DNA of 64,000 nucleotides, from assembly GCA_049510745.1 (NCBI GenBank), contig JBEKYR010000001.1, positions 96,001 through 160,000 on the forward strand, in the 5' to 3' direction. The translations under genes and the position numbers were made by a program. Positions 10,021-20,800 of this stretch are shown piece after piece (position 1 is the first letter of the stretch; each line of letters begins with the position of its first letter). The notes under the pieces were generated by a model. The model had not been told where the DNA came from. It did no database searches and saw only the letters and a list, made by a program, of their open reading frames with translations. The DNA comes from Verrucomicrobiota bacterium. GTDB taxonomy: Bacteria; Verrucomicrobiota; Verrucomicrobiia; Limisphaerales; Palsa-1400.

Positions 10021-11952
10021 TTGCTTTCAGCGCCACGCACAGTCGAATATCCATTTCAAGTCAAGTCAGTTCCTCATTCTCCTCTGCCGTTGCTCGGCGA
10101 CTCTGACACGAAAGAACTTCGGGCGGAATTGAATGCCTCCACCGCGCCGAATCGAATTCGTCGTCTCACGAACCTGCTGAGTGTTTCCGAAAATTTGAAT
10201 CGCACGCTCAAAACGACGCAGCGGCTTCTCACTGAAGATTGTCTGGCGTTATTGTTGGCTCGTTTCGTGGTGTCGGAGGACTTGCACAAGCCGCTTGGTC
10301 GTTCAGCGCGGGCCGACGGCAAGCGGTACTCTTTCGAAGCACAGGCGCCGCAGGAAATTCTTGTCCCAGGCACGATCCAAACTCCGCCACTCGCATTTGT
10401 CGGCGCTACGCTTGGTAATCACAAATCATCTGAACAGGCGAGCGGTGGCAAGCAGTGTGTTGCGCGCGGCATGAGCGTTTGGGATTTGTTGCTCCCGCTC
10501 CTGCAACGTCCCGTCAATCTGGAATTGGGAACTGTCGTTGAACTGCCATCAAATCTCTGGGCTTTCCAGATCAAGGGAGTTGAGTTCCTCGTCGAGACGC
10601 CGTCGGCGCTGTTGGGTGACGACATGGGAACAGGCAAGACTGTCCAAGCTTCTGTTGCCTTGCGGATCTTATTTCAGACTGCCAAGGTTCGGACAGCTCT
10701 CATCGTTTGCCCTCTCAGCGTTGTTCCGAACTGGGACAGGGAGCTTGCCAAATGGTCTGGAAACCTTGCCGTCACCGTCGTTCGTGGCGACAAAGAGCGT
10801 CGCGCGATTTGCTGGCGGCAGCCCGCACACGTCTGGCTGACAACTTACGACACGCTGCGAAACGACCTTGCGAGCGTGCTGATGCTGAGGAAAGGCGGAT
10901 TCGATTTGATTGCTCTCGACGAGGCGCAACGCATCAAGAATCGGAACAGTGGTATAACCAGCGCCGTTCGCGAACTTCGTGCAACGTATCGCTGGGGTCT
11001 TACCGGCACGCCTTTGGAGAACAACACTGACGAGTTGTGGACAATTCTCAATGTGCTCAAGCCAGGCATCTCCCAAGGCCCGCTTGACTGGTCGCTGGGA
11101 ATTCAAAGCGTGCTGCGGCCTATGTTTCTTCGCCGCCGGAAGCAGGATGTGCTTACGGATTTGCCGCCCCTGGTGCAGAACCCGGTTTGGCTGCGTTTGG
11201 AAGATGAACAGCGAAAAAGCTACGACCAGCTTGAGAAGCAAGGCGTGCTGGAACTCCACGCCAAGGGCGAAACTATCACGGCTCAAACAATTATTGTCCT
11301 GCTGAACAAACTGAAACAGGTGTGCAATCGCTGTCCGAGGACTGGCGAAAGTTCAAAGCTCGTTTGGCTTCGTGACAGTCTCGATGACATCGCGGCGGCG
11401 GGAGACAAGGTGTTGGTCTTTTCGCAATATACCGACGAAAGATTTGCCGGGGCTGACTGGCTTGAAAAGGAACTGGCTAATTTTGGCGCGCTCAACTACT
11501 CCAAGGCAACGACCGACAGAAAGCGCCAAGAACTCCTGGCTGCGTTCCGCGACAAATCCGAGCACCGCATTTTTGTCGGCCACCCGAAAACGGCGGGCCT
11601 GGGGTTGAACGAGCTCGTTGCCGCCAACTACGTCGTTCACTTCGACCACTGGTGGAATCCGGCGGTGATGAATCAGGCTACAGCCCGCGCTCACCGTCCG
11701 GGGCAAACCAAGACCGTTTTTGCTTACGATTTGTGGATTGAGGATACCTACGAGGAAATTATCTTCAAGCTTCTGGAACGTAAACAGGGGCTTTACAACG
11801 AAGTCATCGACAGCATGAGTGCAGAGAGCGCCCCCCCAGAAAACCTAGCATTCGCTGTTCTGGAGAGCCTCTGTATAAAACACGGCTTGAAACCGATTCA
11901 ATTGAAACCCACTCAAGACAAAAAAGGAGAAAGGCAGCAAGAGTTGATGTAG
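10021..11952 (+). CDS. SNF2-family helicase/ATPase (start uncertain; the ATG at 10471 is an alternative)
   Basis: LLGDDMGTGKT, VCPLSVVPNW, LDEAQRIKN, LTGTPLEN, KVLVFSQY, GLGLN, WWNPA..QATARAHRPGQ. Confidence 0.92.
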   Translation: MLSAPRTVEYPFQVKSVPHSPLPLLGDSDTKELRAELNASTAPNRIRRLTNLLSVSENLNRTLKTTQRLLTEDCLALLLARFVVSEDLHKPLGRSARADGKRYSFEAQAPQEILVPGTIQTPPLAFVGATLGNHKSSEQASGGKQCVARGMSVWDLLLPLLQRPVNLELGTVVELPSNLWAFQIKGVEFLVETPSALLGDDMGTGKTVQASVALRILFQTAKVRTALIVCPLSVVPNWDRELAKWSGNLAVTVVRGDKERRAICWRQPAHVWLTTYDTLRNDLASVLMLRKGGFDLIALDEAQRIKNRNSGITSAVRELRATYRWGLTGTPLENNTDELWTILNVLKPGISQGPLDWSLGIQSVLRPMFLRRRKQDVLTDLPPLVQNPVWLRLEDEQRKSYDQLEKQGVLELHAKGETITAQTIIVLLNKLKQVCNRCPRTGESSKLVWLRDSLDDIAAAGDKVLVFSQYTDERFAGADWLEKELANFGALNYSKATTDRKRQELLAAFRDKSEHRIFVGHPKTAGLGLNELVAANYVVHFDHWWNPAVMNQATARAHRPGQTKTVFAYDLWIEDTYEEIIFKLLERKQGLYNEVIDSMSAESAPPENLAFAVLESLCIKHGLKPIQLKPTQDKKGERQQELM

Positions 11953-12761
11953 CAGCGCGAATTTCATGTCGGGTTTGTTCCGCCCGACGGCGAAGTTTTG
12001 AACCGGGTGCCATTTCCCACCAAGGCTTGGTCGTGTCCGGTCATTTTCCCCAAGATCGCACCCTTGCCGTCCTCGCAGCGCTGGAAACCCCGCCATTCTC
12101 CAGCAGGTCGAGGTATCTTTCCTCACCTAATTGGCGACCACAAAAATCCGAAGATTGCCCGGAATCAAAGGCTCCATAATCTGTGCGAGGCGAAACTGAG
12201 GCCGTTCTCTCTCGTGGGCGATGGAGAATAATCCATTCCTAAAGGAAAGCCCTGTGCCCAATTTCGTCTTCGATGACAAACAACCATCCACCCGTGAATC
12301 GGTCAGAATGTAATCCGAACCCTCGCAGTCCAGTTCGCTCGCAGGCTCAATGCATCCTTCACCTCCAACATAGTAGGGTTTCTCTAAGCCCCCCTCTCCC
12401 AGTGAATCATAGACTTCGCGACTGACTGATTCCCGATCTAAGAATCCGTCCGCTCGTCCGTTGGCTAATTCAAACTTTTTCTTCGCGGTTATGGGATCGA
12501 CAACGAACATCAATGCCGCCCCGATCCGACACGGCATGTTTGGGAGGATTCCGCAAATCTTTGGACAGCTACCCCGGCGAATTTGGTGTCGTAGCAACGG
12601 CATAATCTTTTAGGGTCTGTCGCACAATTCATGGGTGATTTTTGGGAGTTCTCGGGTTTTTGCAAGCCTTTTTTGCAAGTTTTCTTGACGTAGGGCATGT
12701 CACATTTTTGGGTGGCGGTTTCTAGCTCCTAACCTTAATACGCGGCTGCTGCCGCGCCGCC

Positions 12762-12805
12762 AAAAAAAAAGGAGAGGCGGATACCTCGGTCCATCCGGCC
12801 CTCGG
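12762..12805 (-). terminator. Candidate intrinsic terminator
   Basis: On the minus strand an imperfect GAGG..CGGAT...ATCCG-CCTC stem is followed by TCC and a T9 run, downstream of the hexosaminidase gene. Confidence 0.45.
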
Positions 12806-12892
12806 CCCTGTTATCAGGCGCAGTTCACTGGGCGCACTGCTGCGGCGCCCGGAATTTGTTGGGCGCGGAGGGCGGCGAACAAGATGCTCTGG

Positions 12893-12914
12893 CATACTGT
12901 CATATGACAGTATG
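12893..12914. promoter_or_regulatory. Perfect 22-bp palindrome, candidate operator
   Basis: CATACTGTCATATGACAGTATG equals its own reverse complement. Confidence 0.55.
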
Positions 12915-12978
12915 ATTAGATTTGAAACGGCTGGGGAATCGGAAACGGTTGTTGGGCGTCAGTGGGCGCTGGCGCGGA

Positions 12979-14712
12979 TCAGTGATCGGTTGCCGATGAG
13001 CTGGCGGGCGCTGGCGCGGAAGGGTCGCGGCGATAGTTGACGCCCAGTTCGTCCAGCCGTTGTTCATCCACTTTGAGGCGCTGTTGAAAGTCATCGTAGT
13101 TGCGCGAGTTCTTGTCGGACCAGCCAACTTCCGCCAGCGCGCACAGGCGCGGGAAAATCATGTATTCGGCGTGCGGCAGCGACGCGACGTATTCCGTCCA
13201 CAAGTTGCCCTGCGCGCCGAGAATGTGCGCTTGAAATTGGGCCGGTAAATTCGTTGGCACCGGCTCGAAGGAATAAACCTTTTCCAACGGCAAAAAGCCC
13301 CCGATGGCGCGCGGCTCGGTCGCGTGATTGGTCGATTGGTAATGGTCCAGGTAACAAAAGGCGGTGGGCGTCATCACCACGTCGTGGCCGTTGCCGGCCG
13401 CTTCCCTGCCGCCGCCAATCCAGTCCATCACCACGGCGTTTTGGGCCAGGCCGCCCTGCAGAATCTCGCTCCAGCCGATGAGCGTCTTGCCGCGGGAGTT
13501 GACGAACTTCTCGATGCGTCTGATGAACCAGCTCTGCAATTCCTCCGGGTTCTGCAGCCCCTCCCGGCGCATCAGCGCCTGGCATTCCAAACTTTTTGCC
13601 CAGGAATCCTTCCGCACCTCGTCGCCGCCGATGTGAACGTATTTGCCGGGGAAAAGCTTGAAAACTTCCGCCAGCACGTTGTCCAGGAATTGGAAGGTTC
13701 CCTCGTTGGCCGGATTGTAAACGCCACGATTGGCCGGACCAGACAGGCCATTGATGCCGAGGGCCGCGCCGGCGCTGTTGGAGCCGCCAAACCCGCCGAA
13801 TTGCGGATAAGCCGCCAGCGCCGCGACGGAATGGCCCGGCATTTCAATCTCCGGCACGATGGTGATGTGGCGCGCCGCCGCGCAGGCCACAACTTGGCGG
13901 ATGTCAGCCCGCGTGTAAAATCCGCCGTAGCGTCCGTCCGGGCCGAACTTGTCGGCGGCAGGCGTGGCCCAGGGCGGCTGGGCGTTGGTGCCCTTCTGTT
14001 TTGGCAGCGCAAGCTCGCTTTGCGCGCGCCACGCGCCGATTTGCGTGAGCCGCGGATATTTTTTGATTTCAATCCGCCAGCCTTGATTGTCCGCCAGATG
14101 CCAATGAAACCGGTTCAATTTGTGCAGCGCCATCAAATCGAGGATCGTTTCCACTTCGGCTTTGCTGTAAAAATGGCGGCTGACATCGAGCATCAGGCCG
14201 CGCCACTGGAACCGGGGCCAGTCCTCGATATGCAGGCACGGCAATTGCCACACCGCGTTCGTCACGCGGGTGGCGGAGAAAATTTCCGGCGGCAACAGTT
14301 GCAGCAACGTTTGCGCGCCGTAAAACACACCCGCCCGCTCCGGCGCGCGGATGACCACGGCATTGCCGGCCACGGTCAGCTCATACCCCTCCGCGCCAAG
14401 CTGGGAGTTGGTTGATTTGGTTGTGAGTAAAATGCCGTTTGCAATCGGGCGATCCGTCCAAAACTTCACGCTGACCTTGAGCGGATAGCCGGTGGATTGG
14501 CGCAGGCGCGCGGCCAATTGTCTTGCGGTTGGCAGCGAAGCGCGGTTGGCGAAAATTTTTGTGTCCGGCGAGAGCTGGAACGCGCCGGAGCGAAGCTCCA
14601 TTTGCTGCGGCAACGGAACGATGGCGGGCGCGTTGGTGTCGGCGGCCAGAAGGGTCGCGGCCCAAAAGAAAGCGGCCAATTCGGCCAGCAATTTTTTTAT
14701 GGCGTATTTCAT
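12979..14712 (-). CDS. Beta-N-acetylhexosaminidase (GH20), secreted
   Basis: Signal peptide from MKYAIKKLL. Motifs RGLMLDVSRHF, HWHLADNQGWR, VPEIEMPGH, catalytic HIGGDE, LWTEY. Confidence 0.95.
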   Translation of the reverse strand: MKYAIKKLLAELAAFFWAATLLAADTNAPAIVPLPQQMELRSGAFQLSPDTKIFANRASLPTARQLAARLRQSTGYPLKVSVKFWTDRPIANGILLTTKSTNSQLGAEGYELTVAGNAVVIRAPERAGVFYGAQTLLQLLPPEIFSATRVTNAVWQLPCLHIEDWPRFQWRGLMLDVSRHFYSKAEVETILDLMALHKLNRFHWHLADNQGWRIEIKKYPRLTQIGAWRAQSELALPKQKGTNAQPPWATPAADKFGPDGRYGGFYTRADIRQVVACAAARHITIVPEIEMPGHSVAALAAYPQFGGFGGSNSAGAALGINGLSGPANRGVYNPANEGTFQFLDNVLAEVFKLFPGKYVHIGGDEVRKDSWAKSLECQALMRREGLQNPEELQSWFIRRIEKFVNSRGKTLIGWSEILQGGLAQNAVVMDWIGGGREAAGNGHDVVMTPTAFCYLDHYQSTNHATEPRAIGGFLPLEKVYSFEPVPTNLPAQFQAHILGAQGNLWTEYVASLPHAEYMIFPRLCALAEVGWSDKNSRNYDDFQQRLKVDEQRLDELGVNYRRDPSAPAPASSSATDH

Positions 14713-14740
14713 TGAATTAAAATTTCTCCAGAAAATGACG

Positions 14741-16258
14741 CTATGGCGTGCCGCTCTGACCGGTGAAACCGGCCAGCAAAAGGACGAGCGTGTCGATGGC
14801 GGCGCGGCCATTTTCGTCCGGCTCGGAAGGGCGGTAATTGTTGAGCATGATGGAGAAAACAAGATGTTCCTTGGCGGCGGTGGTGAGAAAACCAGAGAGG
14901 GTATCGACATGGCCCAGCGAACCGGTCTTGGCGCGGACATTGCCCTCCGCCGGCGTGCCTTTGAAACGATTGCGCAGAGTGCCGTCCACTCCCGCAACGG
15001 GCAGCGCGTCGAGCAGCGCGTCGCGACAGCGGTGTTGATTCATGTAAAGCAGAAGCCCGACCGTCGCGGCGGGAGTGACCAGGCAGCCGCGGGACAAGCC
15101 GGACCCTTCCTCCATCAGGACGGCGGCGCGGCTGATGCCGGCATCGAGCAGGAACTTCTGCATTTCCGCCAACCCGGCCTGCTCGGTGTCGCGGTTGGTG
15201 GCGCCGGCCCTGGCGCCGACTTGGAGCAACAGGAGTTGGGCGTAGAGGTTTTCGGAAGGCTTCAACGTTTGCTTGACAATCTCCGCCAGCGGGCGCGACT
15301 GGGCCGAAGCCACTTCGACGAGCGACGATAAATCGATGGGGGCGGCTTCGCGGTCGAGCCAATTGCATTGGCGCGCAACGCCCGAGATGGTGACGCCGTT
15401 TTGGGCCAGCGCCTCCTTGAGCATGGCGGCGAACCAGAGCGCCGGCTTGGGCACGGAAACGGCATCGGCCTGGGCGTTCGAACCGAGCGGCAGGCGGCCC
15501 CAGACGTAGGCCACATCCCCGCCCACCGGGCGGTAAATCCGAACCCGGCCGCGCGCGTCTTTAGCGGCCGTTTGCGTTCGGTTGCTGAAGGTGAGAATGG
15601 CCGTCTCCGGCATCGTCACGATGCGGCAGGGAGCGCCCTCGGCCTTGCCCGGCTCGAAGAGCAAGTCAATAACATTGTCCTGGAAGGAGAGCGCCGAGGC
15701 GGGCGCGCCGTAGTACTCCTGCAAGTCGTCCCAAGTCCAATCCGTGCCGAAGGGCGGTCCGCGAAAATAGCTTTCGTCGCCGACCAGATCGCCCTGGACG
15801 CGTTTGATGCCGGCGGCGAGCAAGGCATCGACGGCGGGTTGCAGGGCTTTCTTGTAATCGCCGTGATTGAAGCGGGCGGAGAAGGAGGGATCGCCGCGGC
15901 CATAGACGAGCAGGTCGCCGTGAATGACGCCGTCCGCATCCGGTTTGGCGGCGGCGTAAAAGGAGGTCTTGATGCGAAAGTCCGGTCCAAGGCGGTCCAA
16001 GGCCAGGGAGGCGGTGTAAAGTTTGGCATTTGAGGCGGGTTTCATCAATTTGTCCGCGTTGCGCTCGAAGAGAGTAATGCCGGAGTCGAGCGAGACGACT
16101 TTGACGCCCCACTGAGCGTGGGCAAAGCGAGGCTGATCCAAGGAGGCCGCGAGGCGGGCCTGGAGCGCGGGCAGAGAGTCATTGGTGGGCTGGCCGCCGG
16201 CGCCGGCGCAACAGAGGAGCACGCAGGCGAACGCAACGATCGGATGAAAGCGTTTCAT
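14741..16258 (-). CDS. dacB: D-Ala-D-Ala carboxypeptidase/endopeptidase (PBP4, peptidase S13)
   Basis: PASNAK (SxxK), SEN (SxN), AKTG, GSGLSR. Signal peptide from MKRFHP. Confidence 0.93.
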   Translation of the reverse strand: MKRFHPIVAFACVLLCCAGAGGQPTNDSLPALQARLAASLDQPRFAHAQWGVKVVSLDSGITLFERNADKLMKPASNAKLYTASLALDRLGPDFRIKTSFYAAAKPDADGVIHGDLLVYGRGDPSFSARFNHGDYKKALQPAVDALLAAGIKRVQGDLVGDESYFRGPPFGTDWTWDDLQEYYGAPASALSFQDNVIDLLFEPGKAEGAPCRIVTMPETAILTFSNRTQTAAKDARGRVRIYRPVGGDVAYVWGRLPLGSNAQADAVSVPKPALWFAAMLKEALAQNGVTISGVARQCNWLDREAAPIDLSSLVEVASAQSRPLAEIVKQTLKPSENLYAQLLLLQVGARAGATNRDTEQAGLAEMQKFLLDAGISRAAVLMEEGSGLSRGCLVTPAATVGLLLYMNQHRCRDALLDALPVAGVDGTLRNRFKGTPAEGNVRAKTGSLGHVDTLSGFLTTAAKEHLVFSIMLNNYRPSEPDENGRAAIDTLVLLLAGFTGQSGTP

Positions 16259-16302
16259 CCCTGCAAGGCTAGGTTGCCGGAAAAGGGAAGGCGAGTCTGT
16301 TA

Positions 16303-17784
16303 TCAGGGCAGGTTGGTGGCGCCCATGAGAAAGAGGTCGCACTCGCGGGCGGCGCCGCGGCCTTCGTTGAAGGCCCAGACCACCAGGCTCTGGCCGCGCC
16401 GGGCGTCGCCGGCGGCGAAAACTCCCCGAAGATTGGTGCTGTACTTCCCGTATTCGGCCTTGACGTTGGTGCGAGCGTCGCGCTCGACGCCGAGTTGCTC
16501 GAGCAAGGACTGTTCGGGGCCCAGAAAACCCATGGCCAGAAGCACCAGTTGGGCGGCCCGCACCTGCTCGGTGCCGGGGACTTCGGAGGCCACGAACTGG
16601 CCCTTGTCGTTGCGCTTCCACTCGATCTGAACGGTGTGAACTTCCTTGACGTGCCCGGCGTCGTCGCCGGCGAATTTTTTGGCGGTGGTCAGATAGGCGC
16701 GCGGATCGGCGCCGAATTTGGCGGCGGCCTCCTCCTGGCCGTAGTCAAGACGATAGACCTTCGGCCACTCCGGCCAGGGATTGTCCTGGGCGCGGTTCTG
16801 GGGCGGGCGCGGGAGGATTTCCAGTTGCACCAGGCTCTTGCAGTTGTGCCGCAGGGCCGTCCCGACGCAGTCGGTGCCGGTGTCGCCGCCGCCGATGACG
16901 ACGACGTCCTTGCCCCCGGCGGAAATGAAGGCGCCATTTTTAGAGTCGTCGAGCAGGCTTTTGGCATTGGCGTGAAGGAATTCCATGGCGAAATGAACGC
17001 CTTTGAGATTGCGGCCTTCGACGGGCAGATCGCGCGGCCTGGTCGCGCCGGTGCAAAGGACGACGGCGTCGAACTCGCGCAAGAGATTGGCGGCGGGATA
17101 ATTGTTCCCGACCTCGGTGTTGGCGACGAAGGAAACGCCTTCCTCGGCCAGCAATTCGACGCGGCGCTGAACCAGCGTTTTATCCAGCTTCATGTTCGGG
17201 ATGCCGTAGATGAGCAAGCCGCCAATGCGGTCGGCGCGCTCGAAGACGGTGACCTGATGGCCGGCGTGATTGAGTTGGGCGGCGGCGCACAGGCCGGCCG
17301 GGCCGGAGCCGACGACCGCCACTTTTTTGCCGGTGCGCACCTGGGGCGGTTGGGGCTTGATCCAGCCTTCGTCCCAGCCGCGATCGGCGATGGCGCACTC
17401 AATGTTCTTGATCGTGACGGGCGGCGAAGTGATGCCCAGGACGCAAGAGCCTTCGCACGGGGCGGGGCAGACGCGGCCGGTGAAGTCGGGGAAATTATTG
17501 GTTTTATGGAGGCGCTCCAGGGCTTCGTGCCAGAGGCCGCGGTAAATCAGGTCGTTCCATTCGGGGATGAGGTTGTTGATGGGGCAACCGGAGGCCATGC
17601 CGTTGAGCAACGTGCCGGTGTGGCAAAAGGGGATGCCGCAATCCATGCAACGGGCGCCTTGCTCGCGCAACTTCTTTTCATCCAAATGAAGATGAAATTC
17701 GTTCCAGTCGCGAATGCGTTCCAGGGCCGGCCGGTCCAGCGGCAACTCGCGCAAATACTCTATGAATCCTCTGGGCTTGCCCAT
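16303..17784 (-). CDS. gltD: Glutamate synthase small subunit
   Basis: [44 protein letters not shown]. Confidence 0.97.
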   Translation of the reverse strand: MGKPRGFIEYLRELPLDRPALERIRDWNEFHLHLDEKKLREQGARCMDCGIPFCHTGTLLNGMASGCPINNLIPEWNDLIYRGLWHEALERLHKTNNFPDFTGRVCPAPCEGSCVLGITSPPVTIKNIECAIADRGWDEGWIKPQPPQVRTGKKVAVVGSGPAGLCAAAQLNHAGHQVTVFERADRIGGLLIYGIPNMKLDKTLVQRRVELLAEEGVSFVANTEVGNNYPAANLLREFDAVVLCTGATRPRDLPVEGRNLKGVHFAMEFLHANAKSLLDDSKNGAFISAGGKDVVVIGGGDTGTDCVGTALRHNCKSLVQLEILPRPPQNRAQDNPWPEWPKVYRLDYGQEEAAAKFGADPRAYLTTAKKFAGDDAGHVKEVHTVQIEWKRNDKGQFVASEVPGTEQVRAAQLVLLAMGFLGPEQSLLEQLGVERDARTNVKAEYGKYSTNLRGVFAAGDARRGQSLVVWAFNEGRGAARECDLFLMGATNLP

Positions 17785-17816
17785 TTAGGTTCGGGTTTTG
17801 TTCGTTTTGACCATCA

Positions 17817-20800
17817 TTAACCTCCGCCGACGCGGGCGGCGTCCTTGGCGTTCTCCTCGAACGCGGCCATGATGGCGTCTTCGCCGCTCAAGCCGGCCTG
17901 GGTGACGCGGCTGAGGGACTGGAGGACGCGCTTGTAATCTTTGGGCATGACTTTGACGAATTTCGGCGTCATTTCCGCCCAAAGCGCCAGCACCTTGAAG
18001 GCGCGGTGGCTGCGGGTGTAGCCGGCGTGGCGCTGAATCATCTGGCGGATTTCCTCGATTTCCGCCGGGTCTTCCAGGCGTTCCAGATGCACCATCTGCG
18101 GGTTGCAGCGCCGGCTGAAATCCCCCGCCTCGTCCAGCACATAGGCGACGCCGCCCGACATGCCGGCGGCGAAATTGCGCCCGGTTTGGCTCAGCACCAC
18201 GACGCGCCCGCCGGTCATGTATTCGCAGCCATGATCGCCGACGGATTCCACCACGGCGGAAACGCCGCTGTTGCGCACGCAGAACCGCTCGCCCGCCATG
18301 CCGCGAATGTAGGCCTCGCCGGCGGTCGCGCCGTAAAGGGCGACGTTGCCGGTGATGATGTTTTCCTCCGCCACAAAGGTGGACCCTTCGGGAGGGTAAA
18401 GTATAATTTTGCCGCCGGAAAGGCCCTTGCCCAGGTAGTCGTTGGCATCGCCTTCCAGCACCCAGGTCACGCCGCGCGGCATGAAGGCGCCGAAACTCTG
18501 CCCCGCCGATCCGCGGAAATGGATTTTGATCGTGTCCTCCGGCAGGCCGGCGGCGCCGTAGCGGCGGGTGATTTCGCTGCCGAGAATGGTGCCGACGACC
18601 CGGTTGACATTTTTGATTTCGAGGTCGGCGACAACCTTTTCCTTCCGCTCCAGCGCCGGCTGGCACAACTTGAGCAGCACGGTGTTGTCCAGCGCCTTGT
18701 CCAGGCCGTGGTCCTGCGGAATCTGGCAATAACGGCCAACCTCCTCGGAAACTTTGGGTTGATAGAGGATGTTGGTGAAGTCCAGGCCCCGGGCCTTCCA
18801 ATGGTCGATGGCTTCGCGCGGTTCGAGCAGGTCGGTGCGGCCGATCATTTCGTTGATGGTGCGGCAGCCCAGTTGGGCCATGAGTTCCCGCACTTCCTGG
18901 GCGACAAACCGCATGAAGTTGACGGCGTGAGCCGGGTCGCCGGTGAAATTCCTGCGCAAGGCCGGGTCCTGCGTGGCGACGCCGACGGGACAGGTGTTGA
19001 GGTGGCAGACGCGCATCATGACGCAGCCCAACGCCACCAGCGGGGCGGTGGCAAAACCAAATTCTTCGGCTCCCAAAAGGGCGGCCACAACCACATCGCG
19101 CCCGGTCTTGAGCTGGCCGTCGGTTTCCACGGCAATGCGGCTGCGGAGATTGTTGAGGACCAGGGTTTGGTGGGTTTCGGCCAGGCCCAGTTCCCAGGGG
19201 ATGCCGGCGTGTTTGATACTCGTTTGGGGCGAAGCGCCGGTGCCGCCATCGTGTCCGCTGATGAGCACCACGTCGGCGTGGGCTTTGGCCACGCCAGCGG
19301 CGATGGTGCCGACGCCGACTTCGGCCACCAGTTTGACGCTGATGCGGGCGCGATGATTGGCGTTTTTCAGGTCGTGAATCAACTCCGCCAGGTCTTCAAT
19401 GGAATAAATGTCATGATGGGGCGGTGGTGAAATCAGGCCGACGCCGGGCGTGGCAAAGCGGACTTTGGCGATCCAGGGAAACACTTTGCCGCCGGGCAAC
19501 TGGCCGCCTTCGCCCGGCTTGGCGCCTTGGGCCATTTTGATTTGCAGTTCCCGGGCATTGACAAGATACAAACTGGTGACGCCGAAGCGGGCGGAAGCGA
19601 CCTGTTTGATGGCGCTGTTCTTGGAATCGCCGTTGGCTTCGGGCACGAAGCGGGCGGGGTCTTCGCCCCCCTCGCCGGTGTTGCTTTTTCCGCCGATGCG
19701 GTTCATGGCCACCGCCAGGGTCTCGTGGGTTTCCTTGCTGATGGAGCCGTAGGACATGGCGCCGGATTTGAACCGTTTGAAAATGGCTTCCAGAGGCTCG
19801 ACTTCTTCGATGGGGATCGATTGGGCGGCGGTCTTGAGTTCGAGCAGGCCGCGGAGGGTGCAGGCTTTCTTGGATTGGTCGTTGACGGCCCGCGAGTATT
19901 CCTTAAAGGCCTTGTAATCGGCATTGCGGCAGGCTTGTTGGAGCTGATGCACCGTTTGCGGATTGAACAAATGATACTCGCCGTCCGCGCGCCATTGGTA
20001 ATTGCCGCCCACTTCCAAAACGTGCCCGTTGATCTGGCGGCTGGGAAAAGCGGCCTGATGGCGCATTTGCACCTCGCGCGCCAACACCTCCAGCCCGACC
20101 CCGCCCACCCGCGAGGCCGTGCCGGTAAAGTATTTTTCCACCACCGACGGGTGCAACCCGATGGCCTCGAAAATCTGCGCGCCGCGATAGCTTTGGATGG
20201 TCGAGATGCCCATCTTGGAAATGACCTTGACCACGCCTTTGACGGCGGCCTTGACGAAATTCTTGCAGGCGTCCTTGTGCGACAAGCCGGTCAGCAACCC
20301 CTGCCGGATCAGGTCGTCCACCGTCTCGAAAGCGACGTAGGGGTTGATCGCGCCCGCCCCGTAACCGATGAGCAGGGAGAAGTGATGGACTTCGCGCGGT
20401 TCACCCGATTCCAGGACCAAACCGACCCGAGTGCGCGTGCCTTCGCGAATGAGATGGTGATGCAGGCCCGCCACCGCCAGCAGGGCGGGGATGGCAGCCA
20501 TCTGCTGGTCCACGCCGCGGTCGGACAAAATCAGGATATTGGCGCCGGCCTCGACCGCGCTGGAGGCGCGGGCGCAAAGGTCGTCCATCGCTTTGACCAG
20601 GCCGGCCTCGCCGTCGCTGACCTTGAAGAGAATGGGAAGGGTGACCGATTTGAAGCCGGCTTGATTAATGAATTTGAGCTTGGCGAACTCCTCATTGGTC
20701 AGAATGGGGGAATTCAATTCGATGAGATTGCAACTGGACGGCTTGGGTTTGAGCAAATTGCGCTCCGACCCGATGGTGGTCGCGACGGAGGTAACCAATT

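Noticed and set aside
10021..11952. Assignment of the SNF2 gene to DISARM or Zorya
   Set aside because: None of the partner genes (methylase, DUF1998, ZorA/B) is present.
12127..12603. 158-aa minus-strand ORF
   Set aside because: No motif, an uncertain start and atypical composition. It is treated as possible decayed DNA and not called.
12741..12880. tRNA, SRP or known riboswitch in the hairpin-rich tract
   Set aside because: No cloverleaf/TTC arm, SRP GGAA-AGCAG core or riboswitch consensus could be found by eye.
12893..12914. LexA box
   Set aside because: The spacing is CTGT-N6-ACAG, not the N8 of the proteobacterial box, and no SOS gene follows.
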